Assembly: GCF_046119375.1 (NCBI RefSeq)
Contig: NW_027362765.1
Span: 352,532,001-352,596,000, forward strand
DNA length: 64,000 nucleotides
Source: Phyllobates terribilis
Taxonomy: Eukaryota
Reading direction: 5' to 3'
In this document: positions 58,401 to 64,000 of the stretch, piece after piece
Layout of the letters: every line of letters begins with the position of its first letter
Numbering within the stretch: position 1 is the first letter of the stretch
Notes under the pieces: model-generated
Told to the model about the DNA's origin: nothing
Databases searched by the model: none
The model's input: the letters and a program-made list of their open reading frames with translations, nothing else
Program-made: the position numbers and the translations under genes

Positions 58401-59615
58401 ACAGCCCCCCACAGGATGCATATCACAGCCCCCCACAGGATGCGTATCACAGCCCCCCACAGGATGAGTATCACAGCCCCCCACAGGATGCATATCACAG
58501 CCCCCCCACAGGATGCGTATCATAGCCCCCCACAGGATGCGTATCACAGCCCTCCACAGGATGAGTATCACAGCCCACCACAGGATGAGTATCACTGCCC
58601 CCCACAGGATGAGTATCACAGCCCACCACAGGATGCATATCACTGCTCCCCACAGGATGAGTATCACAGCCCCCCACAGGATGCGTATCACAGCCCCCAA
58701 CAAGATGAGTATCACAGCCCCCCACAGGATGCATATCACAGCCCCCCACAAGATGAGTATCACAGCCCCCCACAGGATGAGTATCACAGCCCCCCACGGG
58801 ATGGGTATCACAGCCCCCCACAGGATGAGTATCACAGCCCCCACACAGGATGCATATCACAGCCCCCCACGGGATGCATATCGCAGCCCCCTACAGAATG
58901 CGTATCACAGTCCCCCACGGAATGAGTATCACAGCCCCCCACGGGATGCATATCACAGTCCCCCATGGGATGAGTATCACAGCCCCCCACGGGATGAGTA
59001 TCACAGTCCCCCACGGAATGAGTATCACAGTCCCCCACGGGATGAGTATCACAGCCCCCCACGGGATGAGTATCACAGCCCCCTACGGGATCGGTATCAC
59101 AGCCCCCCACGGGATGAGTATCACAGCCCCCCACGGGATGCGTATCACAGCCCCCCACGGGATGAGTATCACAGCCCCCTACGGGATCGGTATCACAGCC
59201 CCCCACGGGATGAGTATCACAGCCCCCCACGGGATGCGTATCACAGCCCCCCACGGGATGCGTATCACAGCCCCCCACGGGATGCGTATCACAGCTCCCC
59301 ACGGGATGATTATCACAGCCCCACACAGGATGGGTATCACAGCCCCACGCAGGATGGGTATCACAGCCCCCCACAGGATGCGTATCACAGCCCCCCACAG
59401 GATGGGTATCACAGCCCCCCACAGGATGCGTATCACAGCCCCCCACAGGATGCGTATCACAGCCCCACACAGGATGCGTATCACAGCCCCCCACAGGATG
59501 ATTATCACAGCCCCCCACGGGATGAGTATCACAGCCCCCCATAGGATGGGTATCACAGCCCCCAAAGGGATGAGGATTACAGCCCCCCATGGGATGAGTA
59601 TCACAGCCCCCACGG
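55405..59615 (+). repeat. Minisatellite H, 24-bp unit ATCACAGCCCCCCACAGGATG(C/A/G)(A/G)T
   Basis: About 175 tandem units; occasional extra C shifts the frame. Confidence 0.97.
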
Positions 59616-60295
59616 GATGTGTATGACAGAGCTGGGGGGATTGACTGTTACCACTTCATTACAGGGGGTGGTGGGTTTAGGGTCTTTGTGGTCCTGGGGG
59701 AGGCCAATCTTAAAGTGGTTGATTAAAAACACATTTTCTTTCTTCCACAAATAGCGCCCCCATGTCCGCTGGATGTATCTGACATTGCACTGAAGTGAAT
59801 AGAGCGGAGCTGCATTCTCCTATGTGACCTATAGTCAGGGGTGGCGCTGTTTTTAAGCAGGAAGCCGCCACGTTTTTCTAATCTTGGACTGGCCTCCTGG
59901 AAGAATAGAAGAACACAGTAACTGAAGCAACTGGTGGGGGAGCACCGAAGTGGGGGGCAACACTGAGGACCCCGGTAACTGCCGGGTTTCCAACTTCTCA
60001 GATGAACTGATGAAATGTTGCGGCCGATGATCGCGCCGGTCACATGACACTGATGATCGTCAGCGGAACAAAACAAAACATTAATTGTATGAACGAGGCG
60101 GATCGGCCCTGACGGCTGATTTCATAATCCCCGTAATCCCGCGCCGTCCCTTTAATAACACTTTATTGATCCCTGAGACTAATCTCTGCTAAAAGACTCC
60201 GCGATCAATCGTAATCAGAGCACGTCTCTGTCTGTCATCTCAGCGCCAGGCGAGCGCCATCACACCGCCACAGCGCCAATCTCAGCCTCAGAGAA

Positions 60296-61787
60296 GGAAA
60301 CATTGTCTCTGCCCAGGACGGCGGGAATCCGGGACGTTACATTGTCTCTGCCCAGGACGGCGGGAATCCAGGACGTTACATTGTCTCTGCCCAGGACGGC
60401 GGGAATCCGGGACGTTACATTGTCTCTGCCCAGGACGGCGGGAATCCAGGACGTTACATTGTCTCTGCCCAGGACGGCGGGAATCCGGGACGTTACATTG
60501 TCTCTGCCCAGGACAGCGGGAATCCAGGACGTTACATTGTCTCTGCCCAGGACGGCGGGAATCCGGGACGTTACATTGTCTCTGCCCAGGACGGCGGGAA
60601 TCCGGGACGTTACATTGTCTCTGCCCAGGACAGCGGGAATCTGGCACGTTACATTGTCTCTGCCCAGGACGGCGGGAATCCGGGACGTTACATTGTCTCT
60701 GCCCAGGACGCGGGAATCCGGGACGTTACATTGTCTCTGCCCAGGACAGCGGGAATCCGGGACGTTACATTGTCTCTGCCTGGGACGCGGGAATCCGGGA
60801 TGTTACATTGTCTCTGCCCAGGACGCGGGAATCCGTGATGTTACATTGTCTCTGCCCAGAACAGCGGGAATCCGGGACGTTACATTGTCTCTGCCCAAGA
60901 CCAGGACGGCAGGAATCCGGGACGTTACATTGTCTCTGCCCAGGACAGCGGGAATCTGGGACGTTACATTGTCTCTGCCCAGGACGCGGGAATCCGGGAT
61001 GTTACATTGTCTCTGCCCAGGACAGCGGGAATCCGGGACGTTACATTGTCTCCGCCCGGGACGGCAGGAATCCAGGATGTTACATTGTCTCCGCCCGGGA
61101 CGGTGGGAATCCGGGATGTTACATTGTCTCTGCCCAGGACGGTAGGAATCTGGGACGTTACATTGTCTCTGCCCAGGACAGTGGGAATCCGGGACGTTAC
61201 ACTGTCTCTGCCCAGGACAGTGGGAATCCGGGATGTTACATTGTCTCTGCCCAGGATAGCGGGAATCCGGGACGTTACATTGTCTCTGCCCAGGACGGTG
61301 GGAATCCGGGACGTTACATTGTCTCTGCCCAGGACGGTGGGAATCCGGGACGTTACATTGTCTCTGCCCGGGACGGTGGGAATCCGGGACGTTACATTGT
61401 CTCTGCCCGGGACGGTGGGAATCCGGGATGTTACATTGTCTCTGCCTGGGACGGCAGGAATCTGGGACGTTACATTGTCTCTGCCCGGGACGGCGGGAAT
61501 CCGGGACGTTACATTGTCTCTGCCCAGGACGGCGGGAATCCGGGACGTTACATTGTCTCTGCCCAGGACGGCGGGAATCCAGGACGTTACATTGTCTCTG
61601 CCCAGGACAGCGGGAATCCGGGACGTTACATTGTCTCTGCCCGGGACGGTGGGAATCCGGGATGTTACATTGTCTCTGCCTGGGACGGCGGGAATCCGGG
61701 ACGTTACATTGTCTCTGCCCAGGACAGCGGGAATCCGGGATGTTACATTGTCTCTGCCCAGGACGGCGGGAATCCGGGACGTTTCAT
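60296..61787 (+). repeat. Minisatellite I, 39-bp unit GTTACATTGTCTCTGCCCAGGACGGCGGGAATCCGGGAC
   Basis: About 38 tandem units. Confidence 0.97.
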
Positions 61788-62304
61788 TGCTTTCTGGAGA
61801 GTCGTCAGATATGTCTCGCTGAGCTGTTCGCTGTTTGCTCCTCTCCTTTCCGCAGATGTTCTCCTGGAATCATTAACCCATCGCTGCTCAGTTCAATGAG
61901 GTTTCCCCCTAACACAGAGAATCAGTCCCCCACATCCAGCTCTCCTGCAGGACACCGCTGAGCTCTCCGGAGATCTGCAGAACATCGCTCGTCCTCCTGA
62001 TAGATACATAGTAATTCTCTGCAGAGTATTGCGCTGCTCCCTGTCTCTGGGTTCTGATGTCTGCAGTCGGGGGCGCTGTACACACATCACCATATGCGAT
62101 GCTGGACTGAGGCCCGCAGATGATCGCGGCCGGAAACGCAGTCTCACGTGTCGTGTTCTGCAGCCACCTGACATATGTGCAGCGGCTCCCCGGGGCCCCG
62201 ACATCAGGGGCCAAATCACTGAGCTCATCGCTCACACGTCACCGCGGCCGGATACGGGGTCCATGGAGGACAGCAAATCCGCCGACACCTCATAGTGCTG
62301 GGGG

Positions 62305-64000
62305 CACCACTGACCTCCCTGCAGAACATCGCTCCTCTACATCCAGACAGAGTGATATATCCTGCAGATTATTACACCACTGACCTCCCTGCAGAACATC
62401 GCTCCTCTACCTCCAGACAGAGTGATATATCCTGCAGATTATTACACCACTGACCTCCCTGCAGAACATCGCTCCTCTACCTCCAGACAGAGTGATATAT
62501 CCTGCAGATTATTACCCCACTGACCTCCCTGCAGAACATCGCTCCTCTACCTCCAGACAGAGTGATATATCCTGCAGATTATTACACCACTGACCTCCCT
62601 GCAGAACATCGCTCCTCTACCTCCAGATACATAGTGATATATCCTGCAGATTATTACACCACTGACCTCCCTGCAGAACATCGCTCCTCTACCTCCAGAT
62701 ACATAGTGATATATTCTGCAGATTATTACACCACTGACCTCCCTGCAGAACATCGCTCCTCTACATCCAGACAGAGTGATATATCCTGCAGATTATTACA
62801 CCACTGACCTCCCTGCAGAACATCGCTCCTCTACCTCCAGAGTGATATATCCTGCAGATTATTACACCACTGACCTCCCTGCAGAACATCGCTCCTCTAC
62901 CTCCAGACAGTGATATATCCTGCAGATTATTACACCACTGACCTCCCTGCAGAACATCGCTCCTCTACCTCCAGACAGAGTGATATATCCTGCAGATTAT
63001 TACCCACTGACCTCCCTGCAGAACATCGCTCCTCTACCTCCAGACAGAGTGATATATCCTGCAGATTATTACACCACTGACCTCCCTGCAGAACATCGCT
63101 CATCTACCTCCAGATACATAGTGATATATCCTGCAGATTATTACACCACTGACCTCCCTGCAGAACATCGCTCCTCTACCTCCAGATACATAGTGATATA
63201 TTCTGCAGATTATTACACCACTGACCTCCCTGCAGAACATCGCTCCTCTACCTCTAGACAGAGTGATATATCCTGCAGATTATTACACCACTGACCTCCC
63301 TGCAGAACATCGCTCCTCTACCTCCAGACAGAGTGATATATCCTGCAGATTATTACACCACTGACCTCCCTGCAGAACATCGCTCCTCTACCTCCAGACA
63401 GAGTGATATATCCTGCAGATTATTACACCACTGACCTCCCTGCAGAACATCGCTCTTCTACCTCTAGACAGAGTGATATATCCTGCAGATTATTACACCA
63501 CTGACCTCCCTGCAGAACATCGCTCCTCTACCTCCAGATACATAGTGATATATCCTGCAGATTATTACACCACTGACCTCCCTGCAGAACATCGCTCCTC
63601 TACCTCCAGACAGAGTGATATATCCTGCAGATTATTACACCACTGACCTCCCTGCAGAACATCGCTCCTCTACCTCCAGAGTGATATATCCTGCAGATTA
63701 TTACACCACTGACCTCCATGCAGAACATCACTCCTCTACCTCCAGACAGAGTGATATATCCTGCAGATTATTACACCACTGACCTCTCTGCAGAACATCG
63801 CTCCTCTACCTCCAGATACATAGTGATATATTCTGCAGATTATTACACCACTGACCTCCCTGCAGAACATCGCTCCTCTACCTCCAGACAGAGTGATATA
63901 TCCTGCAGATTATTACACCACTGACCTCCCTGCAGAACATCGCTCCTCTACCTCCAGATACATAGTGATATATCCTGCAGATTATTACACCACTGACCTC
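62305..64000 (+). repeat. Minisatellite J, 70-72-bp unit CACTGACCTCCCTGCAGAACATCGCTCCTCTACCTCCAGACAGAGTGATATATCCTGCAGATTATTACAC; runs off the window end
   Basis: Period 70 (62311/62381/62451/62521); 72-bp GATACATAGTG variant. Confidence 0.97.

Noticed and set aside
55420-59626. PPQDAYHS / APHRMHIT repeat ORFs resembling a structural repeat protein
   Set aside because: A 24-bp unit gives open frames automatically, and frequent 1-bp C-run indels switch frames; the same applies to the 33-bp (GEDQCRIIGGI) and 39-bp arrays
60296-61787. GGGAATCC in each unit as an NF-kB site array
   Set aside because: GGGAATCCGG does not fit the GGGRNWYYCC consensus at the 3' end

Overview
Repeat-dominated vertebrate genomic DNA. 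It is probably from a frog (inferred from the repeat landscape, not proven). No host protein-coding gene, RNA gene or CRISPR array can be supported. About 43% of the window is four near-identical ~8-kb copies of one L1-clade, Tx1-like non-LTR retrotransposon: A 1-3481 (+), B 20594-28556 (-), C 32082-40067 (+) and D 40572-48471 (+). ORF1 has an RRM-like region, three CCHC knuckles and a ZCCHC3-like core; ORF2 has APE endonuclease, RT and CCHC. Every visible end of every copy lies in the same ~32-bp minisatellite (CAGGAGGAGTGGTACTGTGCAGTGTATATATA). All three visible 5' junctions, and both full-length 3' junctions, fall at the same phase (GGTRCTG|TGCAGTG) and carry element-specific repeat variants. 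This suggests a minisatellite-targeting retroelement that carries, and may propagate, its own target. Another ~38% is about 11 unrelated tandem-repeat families, one of which grew from the terminal inverted repeat of a MITE. Also present are a truncated SCAN-domain Gmr1-like Gypsy element (LTR, tRNA-Leu PBS, gag-PR-IN) and an internally collapsed RTE-clade LINE. Most long ORFs in the supplied track are artefacts of stop-free tandem repeats.
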